IMG/VR virus record: IMGVR_UViG_3300042975_000096
Reading direction: 5' to 3' (one strand)
Length of the DNA stretch: 64,000 nucleotides
Source of the DNA: a virus
Lineage: Duplodnaviria; Caudoviricetes
In this document: piece by piece, positions 19,001 through 29,168 of the stretch
Layout of the letters: the number at the start of each line of letters is the position of its first letter
How positions within the stretch are numbered: position 1 is the first letter of the stretch
Position numbers and translations under genes: made by a program
The notes under the pieces: model-generated
The model's database searches: none
What the model was told of the DNA's origin: nothing
The model's input: only the letters and a program-made list of their open reading frames with translations

Positions 19001-21894
19001 TTCATATGCTTTTTATATTCAGCTTTTATTTTTTGCGATTCAGCTAATTGATTCGATGCCTGTGCCAATTGTTGCAACATATCCTGTGTCATTGTTACTG
19101 GCGCCATTGGGTCATTTTGCTCATCAAAACCTTTTAACTTTTCTTTTATCTCGCCATATTTACCTTGTTGTGCTAAATTTGTCAATACAGACGATTGCTT
19201 TTGAGTGTAACCTTGTCGCATTAATCTATCTTGTAAATCCAACGCTCCTTCTGGAGTGTTTGCTCCACCCCATCTATCACCGAAAAACGATGATTCTTTA
19301 AACAATCTATCAACCATAGTATCATAATGAGAATCCATTGGTTTTCCATTCTCATCATGACTAAGCAAACCTTTGTTTACCATAGTGAACGGGTCATCTT
19401 TTTCTCCGTTCATGATTCCCCAAAATATGCTTCGACCCCAATCATGACTCATTTTGCTTTTTGCACTAGCCGTTTCAGATACCATTTGTGAAGCGTCTTC
19501 AACCCTAAGACCATTATACCCTGTTATTGACTCAACTGCATGAGCAACTTTTGGTGCACTTACCCCTAAATCTCTTAATGAGCTAGACAATTGATTTACT
19601 GTAGCAAACATTTTTTCCATGGGTACATTTGATTGTCTTGCTGAACCTTCCAATTTTCTAAATTCTTCAACCGTATCAGATACAGACATCCCCATATCTT
19701 TATAAAAGTTTTTAATAAATCCTTGTGTTGCTTCATCAGGTAAATCATATAAAAGTTTATCAGGTAACAATTGCTCTGTGAATTGTCGCATATCTTCTCT
19801 GTTTTGACTAGGAGAAGAATTATATTGTCCACCAACATTTTTTACTAAACTAGAATAAAAATTTGCAGGAGCATCAAACCCAGCTTGTCCATAAGTTAAC
19901 CCAAAAAATGATTGACCCATGCCATAAGAAATTGCATTGTTTCTCGAATGACTAGGATTTAACCCCATTGAAGCATCTGACATAGAAAGTTGATAATTCA
20001 TTTTACCGTTTGCTTTATATCGGTCTAATATTGTTTCTAATGCATGTAATGGGCTAAATAAAGCTCCTATACCTAATGCACTTAATCCACCTGCTAATAT
20101 ACCTACAACTAAATTTTTAGCTTTACCCATTGCTCTAAATACAGTGGCTAAATTTTCAAAAGGCTTTTTTAAATTATCTACTTTTTCAACCTCTTGTTTC
20201 AATGCTTTTTGTCTTTCTTTTAATGCCTTATAAACTTCATCATGCTTTCCTATTTCTTCAAACGCAACAACAATCTTGTTTACAAAATCTAATGATTGTT
20301 TTGCAGATACTTTCATTGATTCAAAATCTGCACTATCTTCTTGATTCATTCCTGCATATTGAATCCATGAAATATTTAAATTATTTAATAATCCAACTTG
20401 TTTATCTGCTACTTGTATTCCTATTTGTCCTGCATGTTCTAAATTTCCACTAACACCTGCATCAAAAACGCTTTCATTTCCATCTTGATATGTAGCAACA
20501 CTTTTTGACACTTGTTCTAATTGTCTATTTCCCAAAGAAATCGTTCTTGATAGTTCTCGATTATGATTGGCAAAATTAGAACCGCCAAATACAGAAAATT
20601 TATCCATATTTAACCGATTCGTTAAATTAAAATACACGGAATCATTTAAATTGGGCGAACCGACACTGTTTGCTCTACGTATATCATACGCTGCTACATA
20701 ATTATTAGAAGCTGAATTATTTGTAGTTATTTTTTGTTTCAATTCTGATGCCGATTTTTGCAATTTTTTTAAATAAATTGTTCGCTCTAATTTTTGAAAA
20801 TCGTCAAATATTGGTTTAATACTGACTGTTGAAAAATTTAATTGCGAAATTAAATCCCCAATATTATTGTTGTTTCCCTCTTTGTTCAATATAGAATCTA
20901 ATATTGTTGATGTTTTTTCACTTAATGACATGTAATCTTTAATTGAATGAACTACTTTTTGAGAATCATCTTCTGAAATACCATCTGCATCAAGAATATC
21001 CTTTAATTGAACAACAACCTGCATTAAATTTTCATTCATTCCACTAAGAGAGTTTACCGTTTTATTTAAATCTGTTCCTTTTGCGCTTGCTAATTGTTTC
21101 TTTGTATCATTAATAGCAGATAGCAACGTTGAATTATTTGATTCTAATTGACTTATTTTTTCCAACACACCATCATCAATTACTTCCAAGTCATCTATGA
21201 TTTGTGTGCCGTTTTCCGATATGCGTTGCATTTGTTCAAGTTGAGACCGCAAAGAATCACTTAATTGACTGGTTAGCATATTATTATTCGTTATATCAAC
21301 ATTTCCACTTGATAATGCTTTTATTGCCTTTGGTATTAATTCAGAACCAAATGCATCACCAAAATTTTTAACCAAGCCATCTTTTAATTTTATATCAACA
21401 TCATTAATTATATTACCAATAGAATCTACATGATTTACAATGTTGTTAATAATTGTTCTGTCACACGCTAAATCTTGCATACTAGTGCTTAATTTAGCTA
21501 ATTGTCTTTTTACTTTTTCATCATCTGTTAATGATATTTGACTTTGAACAACCTCTGATAATTGATGTAAATCTCCTAAAGAACTTAATGACATGATTAT
21601 TTTATCATTTATTTGTTTTTGAGATTTTGTATAATTGTTGACGAAATCATCTAACTTTATTGATTGTATATTATTAAATGCTTCTAATACATTGTCTAAA
21701 TATTGTTTGCACAATATAATTGTATCCGTCATTTCCTTAGAAAAATCTTCAGTAGAAGCGGAAAATAAATTTAGCATAGATTGCACGTCATTAACATTTT
21801 TGACCATCTTATTTATTTGTCGTTGTTCTTGTTCATAATCAAGTGTTGTTTGTGTTTCTACCAAACTTGAACCCACTTCAACCGAGTTTTTCAT
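16030..21894 (-). CDS. Tape measure-like protein 2 with M15-type (Hedgehog/DD-peptidase fold) zinc peptidase domain
   Basis: Shares core motifs with TMP1 and TMP3. C-terminal ITITGG..SHGSGAKVDI..HLDVS (H-x6-D...H) at ~16580-16880. Confidence 0.8.
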   Translation of the reverse strand: MKNSVEVGSSLVETQTTLDYEQEQRQINKMVKNVNDVQSMLNLFSASTEDFSKEMTDTIILCKQYLDNVLEAFNNIQSIKLDDFVNNYTKSQKQINDKIIMSLSSLGDLHQLSEVVQSQISLTDDEKVKRQLAKLSTSMQDLACDRTIINNIVNHVDSIGNIINDVDIKLKDGLVKNFGDAFGSELIPKAIKALSSGNVDITNNNMLTSQLSDSLRSQLEQMQRISENGTQIIDDLEVIDDGVLEKISQLESNNSTLLSAINDTKKQLASAKGTDLNKTVNSLSGMNENLMQVVVQLKDILDADGISEDDSQKVVHSIKDYMSLSEKTSTILDSILNKEGNNNNIGDLISQLNFSTVSIKPIFDDFQKLERTIYLKKLQKSASELKQKITTNNSASNNYVAAYDIRRANSVGSPNLNDSVYFNLTNRLNMDKFSVFGGSNFANHNRELSRTISLGNRQLEQVSKSVATYQDGNESVFDAGVSGNLEHAGQIGIQVADKQVGLLNNLNISWIQYAGMNQEDSADFESMKVSAKQSLDFVNKIVVAFEEIGKHDEVYKALKERQKALKQEVEKVDNLKKPFENLATVFRAMGKAKNLVVGILAGGLSALGIGALFSPLHALETILDRYKANGKMNYQLSMSDASMGLNPSHSRNNAISYGMGQSFFGLTYGQAGFDAPANFYSSLVKNVGGQYNSSPSQNREDMRQFTEQLLPDKLLYDLPDEATQGFIKNFYKDMGMSVSDTVEEFRKLEGSARQSNVPMEKMFATVNQLSSSLRDLGVSAPKVAHAVESITGYNGLRVEDASQMVSETASAKSKMSHDWGRSIFWGIMNGEKDDPFTMVNKGLLSHDENGKPMDSHYDTMVDRLFKESSFFGDRWGGANTPEGALDLQDRLMRQGYTQKQSSVLTNLAQQGKYGEIKEKLKGFDEQNDPMAPVTMTQDMLQQLAQASNQLAESQKIKAEYKKHMNSIANILDTQLGSQLNHFAKWLGLKIDKYAKSMVEVIKMIGGFLNSPFGKSILNTFAEDPIKTTAGVVMAGVAAKKGLGYVLKSSANTIRHPSSIAGGAKSVGVIGLSALAMGVVGASTAFASPQVAPGEEENKNNDNLWWGKISYLFETGKAKVQIVTSSPQDRNNASLEDKIFICATMLGLPMGLYKIYKHFCKSKSLSVPTKPVFNEKKPIFDKQKPPSPGNAPSKKNAKSSSKYRKQKAAYDKLVQANKEFETSKKQYEREVEKYHNSENKFKEDLKRYDAEFEKYKKMSKRQQIKNHIKGFGGNLALAVGQDMLFGDPNQSWGRRIGTDVAEAGAGTLADVVLTGLMSRVPGGGLIAKGLRSAIPFIGSSLAMTGANIGINKFFGNTEDDESLARQAKIIKGNMSDVEIEKQQEIMENLASYLGLSNSDFKRYVQTSLATHGVNMGELSEYEKKIWEDKVIEFMGIYGDMAQALNAAAQSLANIRNACANLRTTNGKDLSNAKLVKAADGTMTLDDTSKYTIFGEVQEQWKADDKTKGSWYQRRSGDLSGNASRLFGDIANYYYHTNDESWFTDRANQFHEMANSDDDGDKAYYNFMNGEWGRWKASFQGDNGNRFDSATIGGSESWEFQKFMEWEAEQHYNKEYESYWNTVGSEEIEEKVKEIQAAGNTSLPGASGDYLGNGEGGFDMTYMEKSESIPGATDLVHVNPKVAAAMNAVAKEFYEKTGHKITITGGAETLKPDGIHWYHHNGTNPGSHGSGAKVDIARDMSADEEDLLEQLIAQHGGAAGVEDSLHLDVSFYSSDGLGGPARYTPNKYLLTGADGRGGGDGSTSNPFPNVKAPKLDISKFKPKSLSEQVEDNSKRFNKALESMGVSNGKTAQGRIVNGMYVDIGSKFESIDSIKKEIDASNKKIQTAIKSGTVEKGNETAKANLKSIEKRVNEELTQHPEEIVKKNWVFRDILKKVDEIAREYMDNPLIATNVNYK

Positions 21895-21914
21895 TTACAA
21901 ACCCTCCATATATT

Positions 21915-24900
21915 TTATCTATTTGCAAGCTGTGAATTAATTGCAAGTATTGCACTTATCACATCTTTTGAAGTCTTTTGTGTCGCAGCTTTTACAGAAT
22001 TAACCTGTTTATTAATATCTTCTAATTGTTTCTTTACTTTATCTCCACTATTATCAACAGCAGTTATTTCAATTTTAACCTTTTCTTGATTTTCAGCCTT
22101 ATTTTCTTCTGTGGCTTTATCTTGTGCTTCTTGAATCTTGCGCTGATTTTCCTTATATGCTGCATTATTTTGATTATTAATTGCATCTTTTTCTGCTTGC
22201 GCCTTATCGTTTGCAGCTAACAATGTTTGGTCTGCGTTTTTATATGCATGATATGTAGGTGGTTTTGGTTCATATTTTGCATCAAGAACTTTATTCATTT
22301 CAAGCGGACCAGTACTTGCCTTTCCATCTTTATTTAATGCAACCTTACCATCACCCGTAAATGCACCGTTTAATCCATATCCATATCTATCAAAATCTTT
22401 TTCTCCAGAATTCATACGGAAATTTTTACGAACACCTGCTAATGTTAAACTTTTTCCATTAGCTGATAATGCAGTTGTTCCATCAATAATTAACTGACCT
22501 GTTGCCACTTTATCTTTTAACAATTCTGCATTACTTAATCCACCACCCATTTTACCAAGTTGTGTTAATAATGCATCTCTACCTTTCATTGCATTATTCA
22601 ATGCTTCTTCAGGCGTTTGCGCCGTATTACTCCCAACACCATCTCCTGCACCTGGAGTATAATTATCAGGCACATCTCCACTAGCTCCAACTTTAGATGC
22701 ATCACCATATGCTAACCATCCTGATGGGTCAAAATCCTCTTTTACAACTCCATAATCTTTACCTTTTGCATGAATAACCTTACCATTACCTGCATAAATA
22801 GCACTATGACCAACACCATTATCTCCGGGATAAGAACCTTTACTAAACAATATATCTCCAGGTTTAATATTGGAAAAATTAGTTGATAATGCTCCGGCGT
22901 TTTTCATTTGGTCATATTGGTCATCTGCCTGTCTAACCAAAGATACACCACCAGCAGCATATGAAGCTTGAGTTAATCCACTACAATCATAAGCATTTGG
23001 TCCAGTTCCTCCGAGAAGATATTCTTTTCCGATTGCTGATGTTGCAAAATCTACAATTTTTTGTCTTTGATTTTCTTTATTATTTGTAGGTGGTGGGGTT
23101 GCATTATATTTTTTACGTATAGCTTCTGCATCATCTGTTTTACCATTTCCTGAACCATCGCCAGTTTCATTTGCTTTATTTTGCAATGCTCGCGCTGTTG
23201 CCCATTTTTTTCTATCTTCTAATCCTAATCCATATTGTTTTCCCCAGTCACCATCAATTGCTTCAGAAGAAAATTTAGCGAAATCTTTTGCCCTATTATC
23301 ATCACGTAAATGTTGGAATGCCGTGCCTGAATCGCCATATTCAGACACATATTTGGTTCCTCGTTCCCTGTCATATTCCTGCAACATTTGATATTCGTCT
23401 CTACCTAAATTTCTTTGACTTAATGGTATATCTTCATTATTTCTTTGTCGATATTGCTCATCATAAACCATAAATCTATCTGAAATTGGGCTACCATCTT
23501 TAAAATTATCACCCTGTTCATCATCATAAACATGATTCCAATAATAACTACCATTTTGTGCAGTATTATAAATAATTGGGGCATGTTCATTATCAGAATC
23601 ACCGTATTCAGTCATTACATAATCTAAATATTGTGCGTGTGTATCACCATCATTTTCAGCAGCATATGTACCATCATTTTTAGCTTTATCTGTTGCTGCT
23701 GAAGTCTGCTGACCTGCCAAGAAACTTGCAACCAAATCACTCAATCCCATGGATTTCAACTGATTAAAGATATTATCCATGTATTGTTGTTGGTCTTTAG
23801 TTAATCCATCTAACTTCATTCCATGCTCACGCAATGCTCTATCTGCCGATTTAGCTCTATCATCATTAGAATTTACTAAACTATTTGAATTTTGTGTATA
23901 TTTTTCTTTTGCACCATCAACTGTTTGCGTATATCTATCATGTTCTCGTTTAATACCATCATCATCAGATATACCAAACATTTTTTTTGCTTGATTTGCT
24001 AACCATTGACCTCCAGCAGAACCCGCTGCTCCACCTAATACTGTTCCTGCTGGTCCAACTGCGGAACCAGCAGCAGCGCCTAACAAGCCACCACCAACAG
24101 TTCCAATCATATCTAATGCGCCACGAGCAAATCTTTCGCCACCAGTAAATCTATCAGGATGTTGATAATAATCATATATCTCTGAACCTGCCGAAATCAA
24201 TCCTCCAACCGCAGGTGCACCGTATCTAAGCATTTTACTACTGTTTTTACCAAAAGTAGATAAATCACCTAACATTCTTGATTCTTGATTCTGTTGTGCT
24301 TTACTATTTTCTCTATTGCTACGATTAGCATAATTAGCACCAACCGTTGCCAATCCAAATGCACTTGCAGTTGCAACCAAACCATTATCAGACATAAAGC
24401 CACTTTTTTTACCATCACTGTCTTTATCTCCAGGCAAATCTATTGTTGGTGAGTTAATCTTATTTATGATTTGTTGTTCTAAAATGCTATTGTTTTTATC
24501 TACATCACCTGTATTCGGAATATCCGCATTCGGAGAACCATTGTCAGGTGGAGTTTGGTCATCATCACCACCACGATTACCCCCATAACTAGTATGAGAA
24601 TCATCAGCCCAATCTTTATCTTGTTTATCAAACTCACTAGGTTTATTATCTTTCTGACGTTTTTCCCATTCATTCATAAACCCTGAATAATTACTCATAT
24701 ATTGAGATGATGCTTGTTCACCATTTACAGTTTGAGTTTTTGCAGTACCACTAGAAAACATTTGATATAGCTTATATGCACCATAGGCAACACCGCCCAT
24801 AGCTGCCATTCCCAATGTTAATGGCAATGCTTTTCCTAAAAACCCTGCCGCTGCTCCAACTCTACCTTTACCACCAGATGGTAAATGCGTTGCTGCGTTA

Positions 24901-27900
24901 GAAGCTGTGTCTTTAATAAAAGCACCTGCTCTATTTTTTGCAAATCTAGCTGCCATCGGCAATCCAATTGCTGTTGCACCAACAACTCCAGCCGTTAAAA
25001 ACGGATGGTCTCCTATCGTACTTGTTACTGTTTGACCAGCTTTTGAATTAAGAAAATCATCTAATCCTTTAGCAAATTCACCAATTTTAGTGACAATTGT
25101 ATCCAATGCGTTAGCAAATCCTTCACGGAATATGCTAAGTGGGCCAGTTAAATAATCATTAATTGCTTCCCCAACATGTTTTTCTGCCATAGTTACATCA
25201 GCTTCAATTTTTTGTGTAGCTGCTAACTGCTTGGATGCTTCTGCAATTTTTTGTTTGGCATCAACCATAGCTTCTGCTAATTGTTGTTTACCACCATCTT
25301 TATGTGCATCTGCTTTTGATAACAAATCTGCAACTAAGCCAGTATGACCTTTTTGTGCAGCATCAGCAATCATGGAACTATCTTTGTCGGTATAACCTCT
25401 TTGTCTTAAACTCTCAATAAACATTGAAAGTCCGGCACCATTATTTAATCCACCTCCAATAGAACCCTTAAACATAGCTTCTTGCATAACACGTTGTGCC
25501 ATAACCTGATAATAATCACCACGTGGAGCACCTTTTTCATCATGAGACATTAATCCTTGACTTATTAACGAAATTGGGTCTCCACCTTGACCAGCCATCA
25601 TACCAAAAAACGCACTACTGTTATAGTCCTTTGCCATGTTAGTGTTAGCTCTTGCTTGACTTTGAACTAAGCTCTGAGCATCTTCTACACGCAATCCTCT
25701 ACCTACCAAAGCGTTCATTGAACTCAATACTTGTCTACCGTCAACTCCGCTTTCACGCAAGCTATTTGCCATTCCTGTAACTGTTTGTACATATTTTTCA
25801 ACAGGAATACCAGCAGAATTTGCAGTTTGTGCTAAACTAACTAATGTATATGAAGCTTCATTAGCAGACATTCCCAAATCCTTATAGAATGTCTTCATCA
25901 TATTAGCCACTGTAGAGCTAGAAATATCATAAACTTTACTTATTGCAAAAGTGTTTTTTGCAATAATGTCCATATCAGCGGCCGCCATGTTTGGAGATGA
26001 ACCATAATGTCCACCGACACCATGAGCCATAGCATCTCTATATTTCATCGGTTCATCAAAACCAATCATGCCAGAAGTCATGGAATAATATTCGTCTCCA
26101 AGCGTTCTTGAAAACTCTTTCATTCTTGCAGGATTAAAGTCCGCACCCATATAAGCATCGCTTTTTGCCATGTTATATCTGCGCTTACCCTCATCTTCTT
26201 CTAACCCCACACCTTTTTCAATAAAGCTAATCGGATTTAATAATGCGCCTAATCCCAATAAACCAAGTCCACCTGCAAGCAAGTTCTTGAATTTTTTAAC
26301 GCCACTCCAAATATCAGAAAAAATTGTTGCTAAATTACTAGATTTATCTTTTACTGAATCTACCTGATTTTTAATATCACTTAAAGCTTCACTTTGTGCT
26401 CGTAATTTCCCTAAAGTTTCATCATTTGGGTCAATTTCTTCCACGGCTCTTATTGTAGCATTAACATTTTTTAATGCTTCTTCTACAGATTTACCAAATC
26501 CATCCAATATTTTTTTATCATCAGGAGATAAACTTTTTCCACCGCCACTTTTCAAGTTCATTCCACTTGCAGTATTAATTACCGCATCAGCATTTGCGCT
26601 TGAAATTGTAGACATTCCACCCATAGCTGTTTGCATAGCTTCTCTATCTTGTGCATTTTTTGCGCGTTCCAGGTCTTGTGTCCATTTAGGCATTTGCATT
26701 TGTGAAAGAACACCTGTTCTTTTAGCAGTCTGAAGATTTTTTCCCAAATCAGATTCATTACCAAGTAAATTTCCCGTTTTAACATATTTATAAAACAATC
26801 CACCTGTTTTGCCATTTTTCGCACCTAATGCTTCTAAAGCATTGTTAGTTCCATCTATTCCACTAGCAACACCAGAAGCCAAAGTTCCATAATTTCTAGA
26901 AGCAATATCTAAATCCACTTTTTTTCTAGTTGCATTTTCAGGGTCAGGATTATTTATATTTTCGAATTCAGCCATATCTTGTTTTATTTCTTCTGAAATA
27001 GAGCTAGATATAATTGAATTTATTTCCTTTTTTGCATTCTCAACATTTTCCTGAAACATTTTTAACCCATCGGTTAAAATTTCAATTTGTTTTTGATATG
27101 CACTACTTTGTGAAGAATCTCCACCTTCTTGCCTTGAATGCCAATCTAATACTCGTATTTGACCTTCAATCATTTGTTTTGAATTATCTATAAAATCCAA
27201 CAAATGATTTGAAGCTGAACGTTTAACATCAGAGCTATTATTAGTCTTGATTTCGTTCAACATACTAGTCATTGAACCAATCAAAGTATTACTAGTATTT
27301 TGAGTTAAATTTGCTTGCTGTTCATTTGTCAAGCCACCGTTCTTAATAGCCTGTGTTGTTTGGTCTGCAACATTTGAAATCTGTTTCAAAATGTCCATAC
27401 CTGCAACAGTGGTAATGGAATTCATAACAGAGTCAATAAATTCTTTACTGTTTGCATTCATCTGATTAACTTTAGACATGTGTTCAAACAGTGTATTAAT
27501 TGTTTCAGATTGGTCTTTTAATTGTTGTGCTTGATTCTGAAAAACTTCCTGTGCTTGTGCACCTGCTTGTTCAGCAGATTGACTTGCAGAATCAGCTTCA
27601 TGTCCAAATTGACTTGCTGAGCTCTGTGCTTCCTTCATTGCATTATTAAAAGAATTAGCTTTAGTTGAATTTTCACTCATTTTTTCACTAATTTTAGACA
27701 ATATATCATTTACTTGTGCAAATCCAGAATCAACGTCTCCAATAATTGACTTTATTGAATCACTAGAGCTAGAACTTAATCCCTGTCTAATTCCTTCATC
27801 AATTGCATCAGCAATTTCACTTGAATTGACATTGTTTTTGATATTATCAAAAACACTTTTTAATTCAGCAATCTTACTTTCAACATTACTTGTCTGCAAC

Positions 27901-28163
27901 TGTTGACCTTTTTCTGAAAGTTTAGCAGAAACATTTTGAATATCGCCAACCAACTGTGATAATGTTTTTATATCACTCTGAAAGTTCTGGTTCATATTTT
28001 TATTATTATCTGTTATTGACTTTAATACAGAGTTTAATTCTCCGACTTTCTTTTTAACATTATCTAAGTTATTAATAATTTCCGTGCTACTTCCATCATT
28101 AATATTTGTAGAAGTAGCACTGTCCTTAGTAGACGTGTCATAACGATTAAATTTTGAATCCAT
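21915..28163 (-). CDS. Tape measure-like protein 1 with NlpC/P60 (C40) peptidase domain
   Basis: Canonical TMP position after sheath-tube-chaperone. Coiled N-region and glycine zipper GGGLLGAAAGSAVGPAG. IGKEYLLGGTGPNAYDCSGL..PGDILF..GHSAIYAGNGKVIHA at ~22700-23070. Confidence 0.88.
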   Translation of the reverse strand: MDSKFNRYDTSTKDSATSTNINDGSSTEIINNLDNVKKKVGELNSVLKSITDNNKNMNQNFQSDIKTLSQLVGDIQNVSAKLSEKGQQLQTSNVESKIAELKSVFDNIKNNVNSSEIADAIDEGIRQGLSSSSSDSIKSIIGDVDSGFAQVNDILSKISEKMSENSTKANSFNNAMKEAQSSASQFGHEADSASQSAEQAGAQAQEVFQNQAQQLKDQSETINTLFEHMSKVNQMNANSKEFIDSVMNSITTVAGMDILKQISNVADQTTQAIKNGGLTNEQQANLTQNTSNTLIGSMTSMLNEIKTNNSSDVKRSASNHLLDFIDNSKQMIEGQIRVLDWHSRQEGGDSSQSSAYQKQIEILTDGLKMFQENVENAKKEINSIISSSISEEIKQDMAEFENINNPDPENATRKKVDLDIASRNYGTLASGVASGIDGTNNALEALGAKNGKTGGLFYKYVKTGNLLGNESDLGKNLQTAKRTGVLSQMQMPKWTQDLERAKNAQDREAMQTAMGGMSTISSANADAVINTASGMNLKSGGGKSLSPDDKKILDGFGKSVEEALKNVNATIRAVEEIDPNDETLGKLRAQSEALSDIKNQVDSVKDKSSNLATIFSDIWSGVKKFKNLLAGGLGLLGLGALLNPISFIEKGVGLEEDEGKRRYNMAKSDAYMGADFNPARMKEFSRTLGDEYYSMTSGMIGFDEPMKYRDAMAHGVGGHYGSSPNMAAADMDIIAKNTFAISKVYDISSSTVANMMKTFYKDLGMSANEASYTLVSLAQTANSAGIPVEKYVQTVTGMANSLRESGVDGRQVLSSMNALVGRGLRVEDAQSLVQSQARANTNMAKDYNSSAFFGMMAGQGGDPISLISQGLMSHDEKGAPRGDYYQVMAQRVMQEAMFKGSIGGGLNNGAGLSMFIESLRQRGYTDKDSSMIADAAQKGHTGLVADLLSKADAHKDGGKQQLAEAMVDAKQKIAEASKQLAATQKIEADVTMAEKHVGEAINDYLTGPLSIFREGFANALDTIVTKIGEFAKGLDDFLNSKAGQTVTSTIGDHPFLTAGVVGATAIGLPMAARFAKNRAGAFIKDTASNAATHLPSGGKGRVGAAAGFLGKALPLTLGMAAMGGVAYGAYKLYQMFSSGTAKTQTVNGEQASSQYMSNYSGFMNEWEKRQKDNKPSEFDKQDKDWADDSHTSYGGNRGGDDDQTPPDNGSPNADIPNTGDVDKNNSILEQQIINKINSPTIDLPGDKDSDGKKSGFMSDNGLVATASAFGLATVGANYANRSNRENSKAQQNQESRMLGDLSTFGKNSSKMLRYGAPAVGGLISAGSEIYDYYQHPDRFTGGERFARGALDMIGTVGGGLLGAAAGSAVGPAGTVLGGAAGSAGGQWLANQAKKMFGISDDDGIKREHDRYTQTVDGAKEKYTQNSNSLVNSNDDRAKSADRALREHGMKLDGLTKDQQQYMDNIFNQLKSMGLSDLVASFLAGQQTSAATDKAKNDGTYAAENDGDTHAQYLDYVMTEYGDSDNEHAPIIYNTAQNGSYYWNHVYDDEQGDNFKDGSPISDRFMVYDEQYRQRNNEDIPLSQRNLGRDEYQMLQEYDRERGTKYVSEYGDSGTAFQHLRDDNRAKDFAKFSSEAIDGDWGKQYGLGLEDRKKWATARALQNKANETGDGSGNGKTDDAEAIRKKYNATPPPTNNKENQRQKIVDFATSAIGKEYLLGGTGPNAYDCSGLTQASYAAGGVSLVRQADDQYDQMKNAGALSTNFSNIKPGDILFSKGSYPGDNGVGHSAIYAGNGKVIHAKGKDYGVVKEDFDPSGWLAYGDASKVGASGDVPDNYTPGAGDGVGSNTAQTPEEALNNAMKGRDALLTQLGKMGGGLSNAELLKDKVATGQLIIDGTTALSANGKSLTLAGVRKNFRMNSGEKDFDRYGYGLNGAFTGDGKVALNKDGKASTGPLEMNKVLDAKYEPKPPTYHAYKNADQTLLAANDKAQAEKDAINNQNNAAYKENQRKIQEAQDKATEENKAENQEKVKIEITAVDNSGDKVKKQLEDINKQVNSVKAATQKTSKDVISAILAINSQLANR

Positions 28164-28184
28164 TAATAAATTCCACCACCTTTA

Positions 28185-29141
28185 TTATTTAATTTCTATT
28201 GCATCTAAATCATCAGGATTTACACCTGCTTTTTGTGCATCTTCATTAATTGACTTTATTACTTTTTCATTCTCTTTATCAGCCATTTTTGTATTAGCAA
28301 TTGCCCTACTTAAGAAATCTTCCTTAGATTCTGTAGCATTACCCTTTCTAACGTCATCTGACAATTCTGTTATCTCATCTTCATTCATAAACATTTTCAT
28401 TTTTTTGTCAAAATCTTCATCAACCGTTGTATCTTTATATGAGATAATTTGATTCGGGTTATTTGGGTTCACTTCTTCGTGAGCTTTTGTTTTATTTACT
28501 TTATTCGGCTTCAATCCTTTAGCTTGTGCTTCAAGTGAATTTTCTTGCTCCCTTACTTTCATTGCCAATTCAGGATTCATATAAAATGCCATATAATCCA
28601 TTTTGTTTTTTAATTTTTCTTCTTCTTCTTTTTCATCTTCTAACAATTGATAATAATAATAAAACCACTGGTGGTCATTCATCTTTTTAACTCTATCTTC
28701 TGTTGGTAGTGCTCCTGCTGATTTCATCACTTTAAATCTAACACGAGAAAAGAAATCTTTACTCATTTCTTTTATCTGTTCTAAGTTATCAATTGCTTCT
28801 AACTGCATCTTATCTAATTTTTGATATTCCGTAAACAGTTCATCGATAACCTGCGTTGGCAATTTTGGAAAAATTAACTCTTTTGATTCATCATCAACTT
28901 CAATATTATTGATTGATATTAATGCTGTTTTAACAACTGTTATTTTAAAATTTAACCAGCTGGTTGCATCATCATGAACAATCGTAGAAATAGACCATAC
29001 CTTTGCATGTTCTTGACGATTTAATGTTTTAAATCCCCAATCTTTATTAAATCTATTGATTATTTTAATGCCATATCCATTAAAAATTATTTGTTCTAAT
29101 AAATCTTTCTTTTCTTCTTCTTCTTTTTTCTTATCGTCCAT
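28185..29141 (-). CDS. Tail assembly chaperone, long (gpG-T-like) form
   Basis: Lies between tube and TMP. N-terminus is paralogous to the 138-aa chaperone; C-terminal part (LPTEDRVKKMNDHQWFYYY) resembles T-type extensions. Confidence 0.7.
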   Translation of the reverse strand: MDDKKKEEEEKKDLLEQIIFNGYGIKIINRFNKDWGFKTLNRQEHAKVWSISTIVHDDATSWLNFKITVVKTALISINNIEVDDESKELIFPKLPTQVIDELFTEYQKLDKMQLEAIDNLEQIKEMSKDFFSRVRFKVMKSAGALPTEDRVKKMNDHQWFYYYYQLLEDEKEEEEKLKNKMDYMAFYMNPELAMKVREQENSLEAQAKGLKPNKVNKTKAHEEVNPNNPNQIISYKDTTVDEDFDKKMKMFMNEDEITELSDDVRKGNATESKEDFLSRAIANTKMADKENEKVIKSINEDAQKAGVNPDDLDAIEIK

Positions 29142-29168
29142 TATCTCACCAACTTTCAATTATCCTTA

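Noticed and set aside
9199-28163. Invertase- or DGR-driven switching among TMP cassettes
   Set aside because: All three genes are full length, co-oriented and have RBSs. No recombinase, reverse transcriptase, inverted crossover sites or adenine-specific TR/VR pair was seen in the window.
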